A DNA stretch of 64,000 bases from Alphaproteobacteria bacterium (GTDB lineage Bacteria > Pseudomonadota > Alphaproteobacteria > CACIAM-22H2). Location: assembly GCA_035457725.1 (NCBI GenBank), contig DATIBC010000057.1, positions 3,258 through 67,257 of the forward strand, written 5' to 3'. Both the position numbers and the translations under genes were made by a program. Positions 50,155 to 58,672 of the stretch are shown here, piece by piece (positions within the stretch are counted from its first letter, which is position 1; the number at the start of each line of letters is the position of its first letter). The notes beneath the pieces are model-generated. The model was not told the DNA's origin. It was given only the letters and a program-made list of their open reading frames with translations, and did no database searches.

Positions 50155-51108
50155 CTACTCGCCCCTGGCGCGGAATTTGCCGGCCGAGTGCGCCGCCGCC
50201 GGACGCGTCGGCCAATTGACCAGTGCGATGCCTGCCACGACCCCGACGAGCCCGATCGCCACCCGCTCGGTGATCGGCTCGGCGAGCACAAGCGCGCCGA
50301 GAATCGCCGCGGCGATGGGATTGATCGTCACCGCGATGGCGACTTGCGAGGCCTGGGTCCGTTCGAGCGCCCACATCCACATGTAAAAGCACAGCGCCCC
50401 GCCGAAACTCATCAGAAAGACGAGCGCGAGCCAGCCGCGGGCCTCGAACCCCCATAGGCTAGACAAACCGCCGCCCACCGCCAGGACGAGCAGCGTCGAG
50501 GCCGCGGCAATGGGCAACTGGATCGCCACCACCGCCAAGGCGGCATGACGCCGCAAGTGAACGCCCGATAACACATTGTAAAGCGACCCCGCGATGGCCG
50601 CCGCGAACATCAGAAAGTCGCCCTTCCAGGCCTCCGATCCGCCGTCGGAGGCGCGCTCGCCGAGCGCCACGAACACGCCGGCGATGCCGATCAGGCCGCC
50701 GGCGACCTTCAATACCGAAAGGCGCTCGCGGCCGATCGCCGCCGCGATCGCCATGGTGAGGATCGGCATGGTCGACAAGACCAGCGCGCCACGGGCCGAA
50801 GTGACGTATTGCAGCGCCGCGGCGAAGAGATAGGCGAACAAGCCGAACTGCAGCACGCCGAGGGTGGCAATGCCCGCAAGGTCGGCCCGCGGGACCCGGA
50901 GGCGGACCCGCGCCGCGGCGATGGCGAGCATGATCGCTCCGGCGCCGAGATGCCGCCAGAACGAGACGGCGAGCGGGTCGCCTTCGGGAACCGCGACACG
51001 CGTTGCCACGATCGCGGCACCGCCCAGCGCCGCGGCGCCGACTGCGGCCGCCATCGGCAGAAATGTCTTGGCGTCAGCCATCGGCGCAGTGTGATCCATC
51101 GCCATCAC
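50155..51108 (-). CDS. DMT-superfamily (EamA-type) transporter
   Basis: 317-aa ORF with about 10 predicted hydrophobic helices in two EamA-like halves. Confidence 0.8.
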   Translation of the reverse strand: MMAMDHTAPMADAKTFLPMAAAVGAAALGGAAIVATRVAVPEGDPLAVSFWRHLGAGAIMLAIAAARVRLRVPRADLAGIATLGVLQFGLFAYLFAAALQYVTSARGALVLSTMPILTMAIAAAIGRERLSVLKVAGGLIGIAGVFVALGERASDGGSEAWKGDFLMFAAAIAGSLYNVLSGVHLRRHAALAVVAIQLPIAAASTLLVLAVGGGLSSLWGFEARGWLALVFLMSFGGALCFYMWMWALERTQASQVAIAVTINPIAAAILGALVLAEPITERVAIGLVGVVAGIALVNWPTRPAAAHSAGKFRARGE

Positions 51109-51183
51109 GCGGCGACAGGGTCATACGCTCATGCGCGGCTTGCGCGCCGCGCATTGCTCGGCGCGCGCGCGGGAAGTGCGCTC

Positions 51184-52314
51184 CTAAATGTAATACGCTT
51201 TGAGCGGCGGAAAGCCGTTGAAGCCGACCGACGAATAGGTCGTCGTGTAGGCGCCCGCGGCGAGAATCTGGATTTTGTCGCCGACCTGGAGATCCAGCGG
51301 GAGCTGATAGCCCGCCTTGTCGTACAGCACGTCGACTTCATCGCAGGTCGGCCCGGCCAGCACCACCGGCCCCTTGGCGCCGCCGTCGCGCGGCGTTTTG
51401 AGGCGATATTGGATCGCCTCGCCCATCGTCTCGGGCAGCCCGCCGAACTTGCCGATATCGAGATAGACCCAGCGCCGCTTGTCGTCGTAGCTCTTGGTCG
51501 AGATCAGCACGACCTCGGACAAAATCACGCCGGCGTCGCCAGCGATGCCGCGCCCGGGCTCGACGATCATCTGTGGCAGGTTGTTGCCGAAATGATCGGT
51601 CATCGCCTTCATGATCGCGTTTGCGTAAGCGTCGACCGCCGGGATGCGCGAGCGGTACTTGGCCGGGAACCCGCCGCCAAGGTTGATCAGCTTGAGTTCG
51701 ATTCCCGCCTCGTTCAGCGCCGTGAACAGCATCTTGGTCTTGCCGACCGCGATATCCCACTGCATCAGGTCGCGTTGCTGCGAGCCGACGTGGAAGGAAA
51801 CGCCGTGCGGATCGAGCCCGACGTCGCGCGCCCGGATCAGCAGGTCGCGCGCCATGTCAATATCGCAGCCGAACTTCCGCGACAAAGGCCAGTCGGCGCC
51901 CTCGCCGGTCATGAAGATCCGGCAGAACACACGCGCGCCCGGCGCCGTCTTGGCAAGCTTGTCGAGCTCCGCCGGACTGTCGAAGGCGTACAGATTCACG
52001 CCATGCTCGAAAGCGCGGGCGATCTCGGACTCCTTCTTGATCGTGTTGCCATAGGAGATGCGCTCAGCGGCGATGCCCAGCGACAGGCATTGCTCAATCT
52101 CGTAGATCGAGGCGGCGTCGAAATTCGAGCCGAGGCCGCTCAGGACGCCCAAAATGTCGGGCGCCGGGTTCGCCTTGACGGCGTAGTAGATCTGCACCAG
52201 CGGCAGCGCCTTCCTGAGCCGCTTGAAGTTGTGCGCGATCACGTCGAGGTCGACGACGAGGCACGGCGAAGGTGGATTGTTGTCGGCGATAAAGCGCGCA
52301 ATTTTGGGGGTCAT
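51184..52314 (-). CDS. type III PLP-dependent (alanine-racemase-fold) ornithine/lysine decarboxylase
   Basis: 376-aa ORF. YAVKANP PLP-Lys motif, GGGFP, EPGR and CDEVDVL motifs of group IV decarboxylases. Confidence 0.85.
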   Translation of the reverse strand: MTPKIARFIADNNPPSPCLVVDLDVIAHNFKRLRKALPLVQIYYAVKANPAPDILGVLSGLGSNFDAASIYEIEQCLSLGIAAERISYGNTIKKESEIARAFEHGVNLYAFDSPAELDKLAKTAPGARVFCRIFMTGEGADWPLSRKFGCDIDMARDLLIRARDVGLDPHGVSFHVGSQQRDLMQWDIAVGKTKMLFTALNEAGIELKLINLGGGFPAKYRSRIPAVDAYANAIMKAMTDHFGNNLPQMIVEPGRGIAGDAGVILSEVVLISTKSYDDKRRWVYLDIGKFGGLPETMGEAIQYRLKTPRDGGAKGPVVLAGPTCDEVDVLYDKAGYQLPLDLQVGDKIQILAAGAYTTTYSSVGFNGFPPLKAYYI

Positions 52315-52617
52315 TTCGGGTCGGGTGTCCTTTCCGGCGACATATCCGGCGCCGCGGGGCCTATGCCGCGACGCCGCACAAGGGAAGGACGCCTAACGTC
52401 GTTGCGTAAACAACCCGAAACCCTCGCTGGGCCGGGGGCCAGAGGCACGTGCGGGTGCGTCGAGTCGCTTATATAGCGCGATTCCCCGCAATAAAAAGTA
52501 AAAATCCCTGGTCGCGCAGGGTTTTTGCGCTCGATGCGTTGGGTCGGCGGCGATTGCGCCAGCGGAGCGCCGTGTTATAAGGGCGACGTTGTCAACGACA
52601 GCGCAAGGGTCACGCGC

Positions 52618-53073
52618 GTGGCCGCTCAACCGACCATTCTGGTGCTGAACGGACCCAATCTGAACATGCTCGGTGTGCGCCAGCCCGAGATCTATGGGCG
52701 CGAGACGCTTGGCGACATCGAAGTCGCCTGCCGCGAACGGGGCGCCGAGCTCGGGCTGACCATCGATTTTCGACAGAGCAACCATGAAGGCGAGCTGGTC
52801 GAGTGGATTCACGAGGCACGCGGGACGGCCGAGGGCATCGTGATTAACGCAGGTGCGTTGAGCCACACTTCGGTCGCGGTCCTCGACGCGCTTCTTTTGT
52901 GCGAGCTGCCGGTGGTCGAGGTTCACCTGTCGAATATCTATGCTCGCGAGCCGTTTCGTCACCATTCGCATGTCAGCGCCGCGGCGCGCGGCGTCATCTG
53001 CGGCTTCGGCGGCCAAGGCTACATTTACGCGCTCGATGCGCTGACGCGCCTCATTTCCGGTAGCGAGGGGTGA
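52618..53073 (+). CDS. aroQ: type II 3-dehydroquinate dehydratase
   Basis: [30 protein letters not shown] and NAGALSHTS motifs. Start placed at the GTG at 52618 (AAGGG upstream). The track ORF begins 31 codons earlier. Confidence 0.9.
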   Translation: MAAQPTILVLNGPNLNMLGVRQPEIYGRETLGDIEVACRERGAELGLTIDFRQSNHEGELVEWIHEARGTAEGIVINAGALSHTSVAVLDALLLCELPVVEVHLSNIYAREPFRHHSHVSAAARGVICGFGGQGYIYALDALTRLISGSEG

Positions 53074-53534
53074 TGGCGCCAAAGCCCGAGACCAAGTTCG
53101 CGATCGATCCCGACCTAATTCGCGCGCTGGCCGATATCCTGACCGAGACGGGGTTGGGTGAGATCGAGTACGCCGAGGGCGACCGCCGAATCCGGGTCGC
53201 AAGGCCGATGACCGCCGCTGGCGGGCCAGGCGCGACCGCCATCTCGGCGAACGGCGCACCGGCGACGGCCTCCACGCCGGCGCCTGCAGCCGGACCGCCC
53301 GCCGGTGCGCTGACGGCGCCGATGGTCGGCACCGTCTACCTGGCGCCCGAGCCCGATGCGGCGCCCTTTGTCCGCGTCGGCGACAAGGTGAAGGAAGGAC
53401 AGACCCTCCTCATCATCGAGGCGATGAAGGTGATGAACCCGATTCGCAGTCCGCGCGCCGGCGAACTGAAGCAGGTGCTGGTCGCCAACGGGCAGCCGGT
53501 CGAGTACGGCGAGCCGCTGCTCGTCATCGAATGA
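53073..53534 (+). CDS. accB: acetyl-CoA carboxylase biotin carboxyl carrier protein
   Basis: Biotinylation motif EAMKVMN, an Ala/Pro linker and a C-terminal lipoyl-like domain. The ATG overlaps the aroQ TGA (TGATG). An alternative GTG lies at 53070. Confidence 0.92.
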   Translation: MAPKPETKFAIDPDLIRALADILTETGLGEIEYAEGDRRIRVARPMTAAGGPGATAISANGAPATASTPAPAAGPPAGALTAPMVGTVYLAPEPDAAPFVRVGDKVKEGQTLLIIEAMKVMNPIRSPRAGELKQVLVANGQPVEYGEPLLVIE

Positions 53535-53601
53535 GCCGCTTCGCCTCGCCGGCCGCCGCCGCGACCGCCCGCATGCGCGGCGTCGGCCAGATCAATGGGC
53601 C

Positions 53602-54942
53602 ATGTTCGAGAAAGTTCTGATCGCCAATCGCGGCGAAATCGCGCTGCGCATACACCGCGCCTGCCGCGAGTTGGGAATCTCGACGGTCGCCGTCCACTCC
53701 ACGGCTGACGCCGACGCCATGCACGTCCGCCTCGCCGACGAGACCGTGTGCATTGGCCCGCCGCCGGCTCGCGAAAGCTACCTCAACGCCGCCGCCATCC
53801 TGTCGGCAGCCACGATCACCGGCGCCGACGCCGTCCACCCCGGCTACGGCTTTCTTGCCGAGAACGCCGATTTCGCGGCGATGGTCGAGGAGCACGGCTT
53901 CACCTTCATTGGCCCTGCACCCGAGCATATTCGCATGATGGGCGACAAGATTGCCGCCAAGAAAGCGGTGGCCGAGCTGGGCATTCCGCTCGTCCCCGGT
54001 TCCGACGGCCCGATCGAGGATGTCGACAGCGCCCTTGGACAAGCCACGAAAATCGGCTTCCCGGTGCTGATCAAGGCGGCGGCGGGTGGCGGCGGCGCCG
54101 GAATGAAGTTGGCGCGAGACAAATCCGCGCTGGCCGAGGCATTCGCCGCCGCCCGCGCCGAGGCGAGCGTCAATTTCGGTGACCAGACGGTCTATATCGA
54201 GAAGTATCTCGACCATCCGCGCCACATCGAGATCCAGCTGCTCGCCGACGCGCACGGCGACATCGTTCATCTGGGCGAGCGCGACTGCTCGCTGCAGCGC
54301 CGTCACCAGAAGGTGATCGAGGAAAGCCCGTCCCCGGCGCTGAACGCCACGCAGCGGGCCGAGATCGGCGAAATCGTCTGCCAAGCAATGAAAAAGATCG
54401 GCTATCGCAATGTCGGCACCGTCGAGTTCCTTTACCAGGACGGCCAGTTCTATTTCATCGAGATGAATACGCGCCTTCAGGTCGAGCATCCGGTGACCGA
54501 GATGGTTTGCGGTCTCGATTTGGTCCGCGAGCAGATTCGCATCGCCACCGGCGCCCCGCTCGGCATCGAGCAGGCGCACGTGGTGTTCCAGGGACACGCC
54601 ATCGAGTGCCGGGTGAACGCCGAGAATCCCGAGACCTTTGCGCCGGCTCCTGGCCGGCTCACCGAATATCATCCGCCTGGCGGGCTCGGCGTGCGCGTCG
54701 ATTCCGCATTGTATTCAGGTTATCGCGTGCCGCCCAATTACGACAGCATGGTCGCCAAGCTGATTGTTCACGGCAAGACGCGCAACGAGTGCTTGATGCG
54801 GCTGCGCCGCGCGCTCGAGGAGTACGTCATCGGCGGTATCGACACCACGCTGCCGCTGCATCGGCGCATCATTCAGCAGCCGGCATTCATCGATGGCGCT
54901 TACGACATCCACTGGCTTGAGCGTTTCGTCGGGCTCAGGTAA
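53602..54942 (+). CDS. accC: acetyl-CoA carboxylase biotin carboxylase subunit
   Basis: 446-aa [20 protein letters not shown]..., ATP-grasp motifs and [14 protein letters not shown]. Confidence 0.95.
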   Translation: MFEKVLIANRGEIALRIHRACRELGISTVAVHSTADADAMHVRLADETVCIGPPPARESYLNAAAILSAATITGADAVHPGYGFLAENADFAAMVEEHGFTFIGPAPEHIRMMGDKIAAKKAVAELGIPLVPGSDGPIEDVDSALGQATKIGFPVLIKAAAGGGGAGMKLARDKSALAEAFAAARAEASVNFGDQTVYIEKYLDHPRHIEIQLLADAHGDIVHLGERDCSLQRRHQKVIEESPSPALNATQRAEIGEIVCQAMKKIGYRNVGTVEFLYQDGQFYFIEMNTRLQVEHPVTEMVCGLDLVREQIRIATGAPLGIEQAHVVFQGHAIECRVNAENPETFAPAPGRLTEYHPPGGLGVRVDSALYSGYRVPPNYDSMVAKLIVHGKTRNECLMRLRRALEEYVIGGIDTTLPLHRRIIQQPAFIDGAYDIHWLERFVGLR

Positions 54943-55015
54943 CACCAAGGGCAAGATATCGTCGAAGCACGGGTTGGGCATCGTCCTTCGTCGGGCTCGG
55001 GACGACGAGGTCCTC

Positions 55016-55732
55016 ATGCCAACCCTGTCGGAGCATGAGGGCGGCAAGCTCATTACGCTCTCGTCCGACCCATGGTACGAGCGACGAATGACGGAGTTGA
55101 CGTCGGATCTACTTTTGCGCGCCTACGCCGTCGGTTTGTTCCCGATGGCGGAGACCGCCGAGGATCCCGAGCTATTCTGGGTCGATCCGGACCGGCGCGG
55201 CATCCTGCCGCTTGACGATTTCCACGTTCCGCGCAGCTTGCGCAAGACGCTGCGGCGCGGCGCCTTTCAGGTCACCGCCGACACGGCGTTTCGAGCGGTG
55301 ATCGGCGCCTGCGCCGCGCCCAGTCCGCGTCGCCGCGCGACCTGGATCAACGTCGAAATTCAGCGCTTGTATGGCGAGTTGCACGATCTCGGTTTCGCGC
55401 ACAGCATCGAATGCTGGCAGGGCGCGACTTTGGCGGGCGGCCTTTATGGGGTTGCGCTTGGCGGCGCGTTCTTTGGCGAAAGCATGTTTAGTCGCGTGGC
55501 CGACGCCAGCAAGGTGGCGCTCGTCCATCTGGTGGCGCGGCTCAAGCGCGGCGGATTCCAGCTTCTCGACACGCAGTTCGTGACTCCCCACTTGCAGCGA
55601 TTCGGCACCATCGAGATTTCGCGCGGCGCCTATCGCAGGCGGCTCGCCGTGGCGGTGCGCGCCACTGCCGATTTTCCGCGCCAGCTCGACCAAGCGGGTG
55701 CCGCGATCCTGGCGTCGCTGGCTGGCGGTTAG
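55016..55732 (+). CDS. aat: leucyl/phenylalanyl-tRNA--protein transferase
   Basis: [15 protein letters not shown]...[22 protein letters not shown] and GESMFS motifs. The start is ambiguous: the ATG at 55016 has GAGG upstream, and the ATG at 55088 gives the more typical 214 aa. Confidence 0.85.
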   Translation: MPTLSEHEGGKLITLSSDPWYERRMTELTSDLLLRAYAVGLFPMAETAEDPELFWVDPDRRGILPLDDFHVPRSLRKTLRRGAFQVTADTAFRAVIGACAAPSPRRRATWINVEIQRLYGELHDLGFAHSIECWQGATLAGGLYGVALGGAFFGESMFSRVADASKVALVHLVARLKRGGFQLLDTQFVTPHLQRFGTIEISRGAYRRRLAVAVRATADFPRQLDQAGAAILASLAGG

Positions 55733-56205
55733 CGCGGCGTCGCTGCTGGCAGCGGCTCGACGTCGCCTTTGCAGTCGAGCACCCAGACATCGTAAACCGG
55801 ATGCTCGAGCGCCGAGATCGCCGGCGAAGAAGCGAACATCCAGCCGCTGAACACCGTCGCGCCGGGCTCGGGCGCGCGGGCGTCGGTGATCTCGAGGAAC
55901 GCCGTGCTTTCGGGAGTTTCCTCCGGCGGCCGCTTGCGGCAGGTCCGCACGACGATTTCCAGCGAGCCGAACTGGACCGGCCGATCGATCGCCGCCTCGA
56001 TCGTGCGTACGCGGCCGGTGACCTTGTCCAGCGCCTGCAGAACCGCCGCTGGCGGGCCGGCCGGGGCGGCGGCCTGCGACGGCGGGCGGCGCGCCGGCGG
56101 CGCTTGCGCAACGGCCGAAGCCGCGACGCCGATCAAACCGAGGACGCCGGCGGCGCACGCCCATCGGCGCCGTCGTCCCGACACTGGCATCCAGTCAAGC
56201 GCCAC
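55729..56205 (-). CDS. DUF2155 domain-containing exported protein
   Basis: 158-aa ORF with a signal peptide, then [34 protein letters not shown].. as I recall for DUF2155. It is conserved next to mlaD and NDUFA12-like genes in alphaproteobacteria. Confidence 0.65.
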   Translation of the reverse strand: MALDWMPVSGRRRRWACAAGVLGLIGVAASAVAQAPPARRPPSQAAAPAGPPAAVLQALDKVTGRVRTIEAAIDRPVQFGSLEIVVRTCRKRPPEETPESTAFLEITDARAPEPGATVFSGWMFASSPAISALEHPVYDVWVLDCKGDVEPLPAATPR

Positions 56206-56216
56206 GAAGTCGCACG

Positions 56217-56726
56217 CTACTGCGGCTTGGGCGCCGGAGGTCGAGGCGAACCGCCTTGGGCGCCCGAATTGACGGGTCCCTGGTTCTCGCCAGCGCTGAA
56301 AATGAATTTGCCGAGGAGCTGGACGATATTCACCGGCGCCTGGGTGAACTTGATCTCGCCGCCTGGCGGGATCGTCTGTTCCTCGGCGCCCGGCACCAAG
56401 GCGATGAAGTTGCTACCCAGCAATCCCTCGCTCACCACTTGGGCCACCGTATCGGTCGGCAGCTTGACCGAGCCGTCGATGCTGATCTTCACCACGGCGA
56501 GATAAGTCTGCGGCTCCAGTTTCTGTTCGACCACGGTGCCGACCTTGATGCCCGACAGCTTCACGTCGCTGCCGGTAGCGAGCCCGTCGACCCGCTCGAA
56601 CTTGGCGATCACCTCGTAGCCGTTCACCGCGCGGATATTGGTGCTCGAATACGCGAAAACGAGGAACAGCCCCGCCACCACCAGCACGATGGCGCCAAGA
56701 AGCGTCTCAACCAGATTTCTACCCAT
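56217..56726 (-). CDS. mlaD: MlaD-family (MCE domain) lipid-asymmetry maintenance protein
   Basis: 169-aa ORF with an N-terminal TM helix (ETLLGAIVLVVAGLFLVFAY) followed by an MCE domain (GSDVKLSGIKVGTV). Confidence 0.8.
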   Translation of the reverse strand: MGRNLVETLLGAIVLVVAGLFLVFAYSSTNIRAVNGYEVIAKFERVDGLATGSDVKLSGIKVGTVVEQKLEPQTYLAVVKISIDGSVKLPTDTVAQVVSEGLLGSNFIALVPGAEEQTIPPGGEIKFTQAPVNIVQLLGKFIFSAGENQGPVNSGAQGGSPRPPAPKPQ

Positions 56727-56780
56727 CGCACGGACCTCGTGGTTGACCGCGCTGGCCCCGCTGGTTCGACCGGCGCCGCG

Positions 56781-57152
56781 TCAGGACGGCGTCCACGGCT
56801 CGTAGTCGCCCGTCGCCTTGGCCCGTCGCCCACCGCGATAATCGTGACCCGGCGGCCGATACGCCTCGGGCGTGCCCGTCCGGTTGGGTGCGTGCGGCTT
56901 CTGCCAAAACCGCGCGGGTGGGCCTTCGGCCGGAGGCGGATCCTTTACGATCTGGTGGAGCCACGCGTGCCACTCGGGCGGTACTTTCGAGGCATCCGGC
57001 TCGCCATTGTAGATTACCCAGCGCTTCTCGTGGCGACCGTCATGGCGCTTCGCTCCGGTTTTGTCGCGGTAATAGCGGTTGCCGAACGAGTCGGCGCCGA
57101 CGCGCTCGCCGCGCAGCCATGTGTAGAGTCGCGTCGCTAGCGTCATGGACAC
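56781..57152 (-). CDS. NDUFA12-family (NADH:ubiquinone oxidoreductase subunit B17.2-like) protein
   Basis: 123-aa ORF. RGERVGADSFGNRYYRDK...RWVIYNG...VPPEWHAWLH matches the NDUFA12 signature. Confidence 0.82.
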   Translation of the reverse strand: MSMTLATRLYTWLRGERVGADSFGNRYYRDKTGAKRHDGRHEKRWVIYNGEPDASKVPPEWHAWLHQIVKDPPPAEGPPARFWQKPHAPNRTGTPEAYRPPGHDYRGGRRAKATGDYEPWTPS

Positions 57153-57261
57153 CCGAATCCTAGCGTCTGGTCGGAAAAAGGCGGGCGGACTATTGCATGA
57201 GCGCCCCGCCGTCGTCCAGATTCGGCGCCAGCATGGCGGGGGTGGTTAAGGAGCACACGAA

Positions 57262-58278
57262 ATGCCTGATTTCTGGCGATCTTCCGGCTTCCATCTGCTC
57301 GAGCCCGCAAGCCCGAACCGGCTCAAAGTCACCAACGGATTCTTGCGCGCCTATCTGATGCGCCCGGAAATCCGCCCGGTTTCGGAGTCGTGCACGGCCG
57401 AGCGCGGGCTTCACGCAGCACTGCTCGACGAGCCACGCCGGCCGGTGGCGGCGGCGGAGGTTTCCGCCATCGTCGATCCCGACGCGCGCGAGAACTACGC
57501 CATTTGGCTCGCCTTCCGCGATCGGCTTCTCGCCGCTGGTTCGGTCGAGGACGCATATCTGGGATTGTTCGTCAATCCTGCCGGCGACCCGGTTCCGCCG
57601 CTGTTCGTCGATCAGCTTGCCCATGTCGTGGTACGGGCGATGCTCCAGGGCACCGCCGAGCCGCTACGCGCGCGCGCTGGCGAGATGTTCTTTCGGCCGC
57701 AGAAAGTGACGATCAACGACGGTGCCATCATGGTCGCCGACGAGGAAGTCGTCGAAATGTACGCCAGTTCGGGCGGCATGGGATCGTTGGGCCGTCTTAT
57801 CGTTGACTCGCAGACTCCGGTGCGCACGGTCGACCTCGACGTGCTGAGCGAGCACGCCGCCGACGAGTATTGGCGACGCGACGAGCGATACGATACCGTT
57901 CTCGATCTCAGTTTCGGCCGGCCCGGTCTCGACGCGCTGGCGCGCGTGCTCGAAGCCTGGGTCGCCCGGTTTCTCGCCATCGACGTCGCAATTCAGCCCG
58001 TTCGCACCATCAAGGACGACCGGTGGGTGTGGCACGTCGGCCTCGACAGCGAGGCGAGTGCGATTATGAACGACCTGTATGATGGGCGGGAGGTCGATGA
58101 AGCTCGCCTCGCCCGAATCATCTCGCTCTTCCGGCTCGAGTTCGCCGAACCGAGCGTCATGCGCCCCGATATTGCCGGACGCCCGGTTTACTTGGGTCTG
58201 GGCATGGACACGACCCAGCGCCTCCGCCTTAAGCCGCAGAACCTTCTAGTGAATCTTCCGCTCGCTGCCTCGGCGTAG
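57262..58278 (+). CDS. conserved hypothetical protein (possibly the DUF6352 family)
   Basis: 338-aa ORF with strong high-GC coding bias and no TM helix or signal peptide. The DUF assignment is a weak recollection only. Confidence 0.55.
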   Translation: MPDFWRSSGFHLLEPASPNRLKVTNGFLRAYLMRPEIRPVSESCTAERGLHAALLDEPRRPVAAAEVSAIVDPDARENYAIWLAFRDRLLAAGSVEDAYLGLFVNPAGDPVPPLFVDQLAHVVVRAMLQGTAEPLRARAGEMFFRPQKVTINDGAIMVADEEVVEMYASSGGMGSLGRLIVDSQTPVRTVDLDVLSEHAADEYWRRDERYDTVLDLSFGRPGLDALARVLEAWVARFLAIDVAIQPVRTIKDDRWVWHVGLDSEASAIMNDLYDGREVDEARLARIISLFRLEFAEPSVMRPDIAGRPVYLGLGMDTTQRLRLKPQNLLVNLPLAASA

Positions 58279-58672
58279 TCCGCCGGGGCATGATTTTTTT
58301 GCACCTGCGAAAGGTTCATGCGTCACTTCAATATCTTGGATCGAGAAGCGGCGGGCACTACCAAATCCGGGATATCCTCAGGCGCTTGGGCGACTCCTCG
58401 CAATTTACATTCGAAGTGTACGACAAGTTCCTGAACGGGGCCCCGATTCGACCATATTTTGTGGGTCTTTGCCGGTGTGCGACAAAATCCAGTTGAAGAC
58501 CCTGCCTTCGCATGTTCAACATCATGTAACGAGCCGGGCCCAAGCCCACCACATATTGTGGTCCCTGAGTGGGGAGTGGCGGTACTTGGAGGCCGGACGG
58601 GGGGTGGATTCGCCTGACTAAGGCGACTCGACCCGGGGGCAAGAAAGTACATCGCGGGAGGCACGAACTAGC
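58279..58672 (+). promoter_or_regulatory. about 390-nt low-GC leader/promoter region upstream of nrdJ containing two related palindromes
   Basis: There is no credible ORF. ACCACA-TAT-TGTGGT lies at 58548-58562 and the related CCATA-TTT-TGTGG at 58452-58464. GGGAGG SD lies about 10 nt before the nrdJ ATG. Confidence 0.45.

Noticed and set aside
58290-58496. 68-aa ORF in the nrdJ leader (MIFLHLRKVHASLQ...).
   Set aside because: It has low GC, no third-position GC bias unlike the real genes here, no SD and no recognisable family. It is most likely non-coding leader.
58470-58520. Possible cobalamin riboswitch in the nrdJ leader. GCCGGTGTGCGACAAAATCC resembles the GGTG..AA.TCC element, and GTTGAAGACCCTGCC resembles a B12 box.
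   Set aside because: The two pieces are directly adjacent instead of being separated by the conserved core helices, and the B12-box match needs an extra C. Repressing a B12-dependent RNR with B12 also makes little regulatory sense. An Infernal/Rfam RF00174 scan would settle it.
58548-58562. Canonical NrdR box call for ACCACATATTGTGGT.
   Set aside because: The CAC and GTG arms are only 5 nt apart here, against about 8 nt in the 16-bp NrdR consensus as I remember it, and the two copies are 97 bp apart. It is kept only as an unassigned palindrome in the findings.
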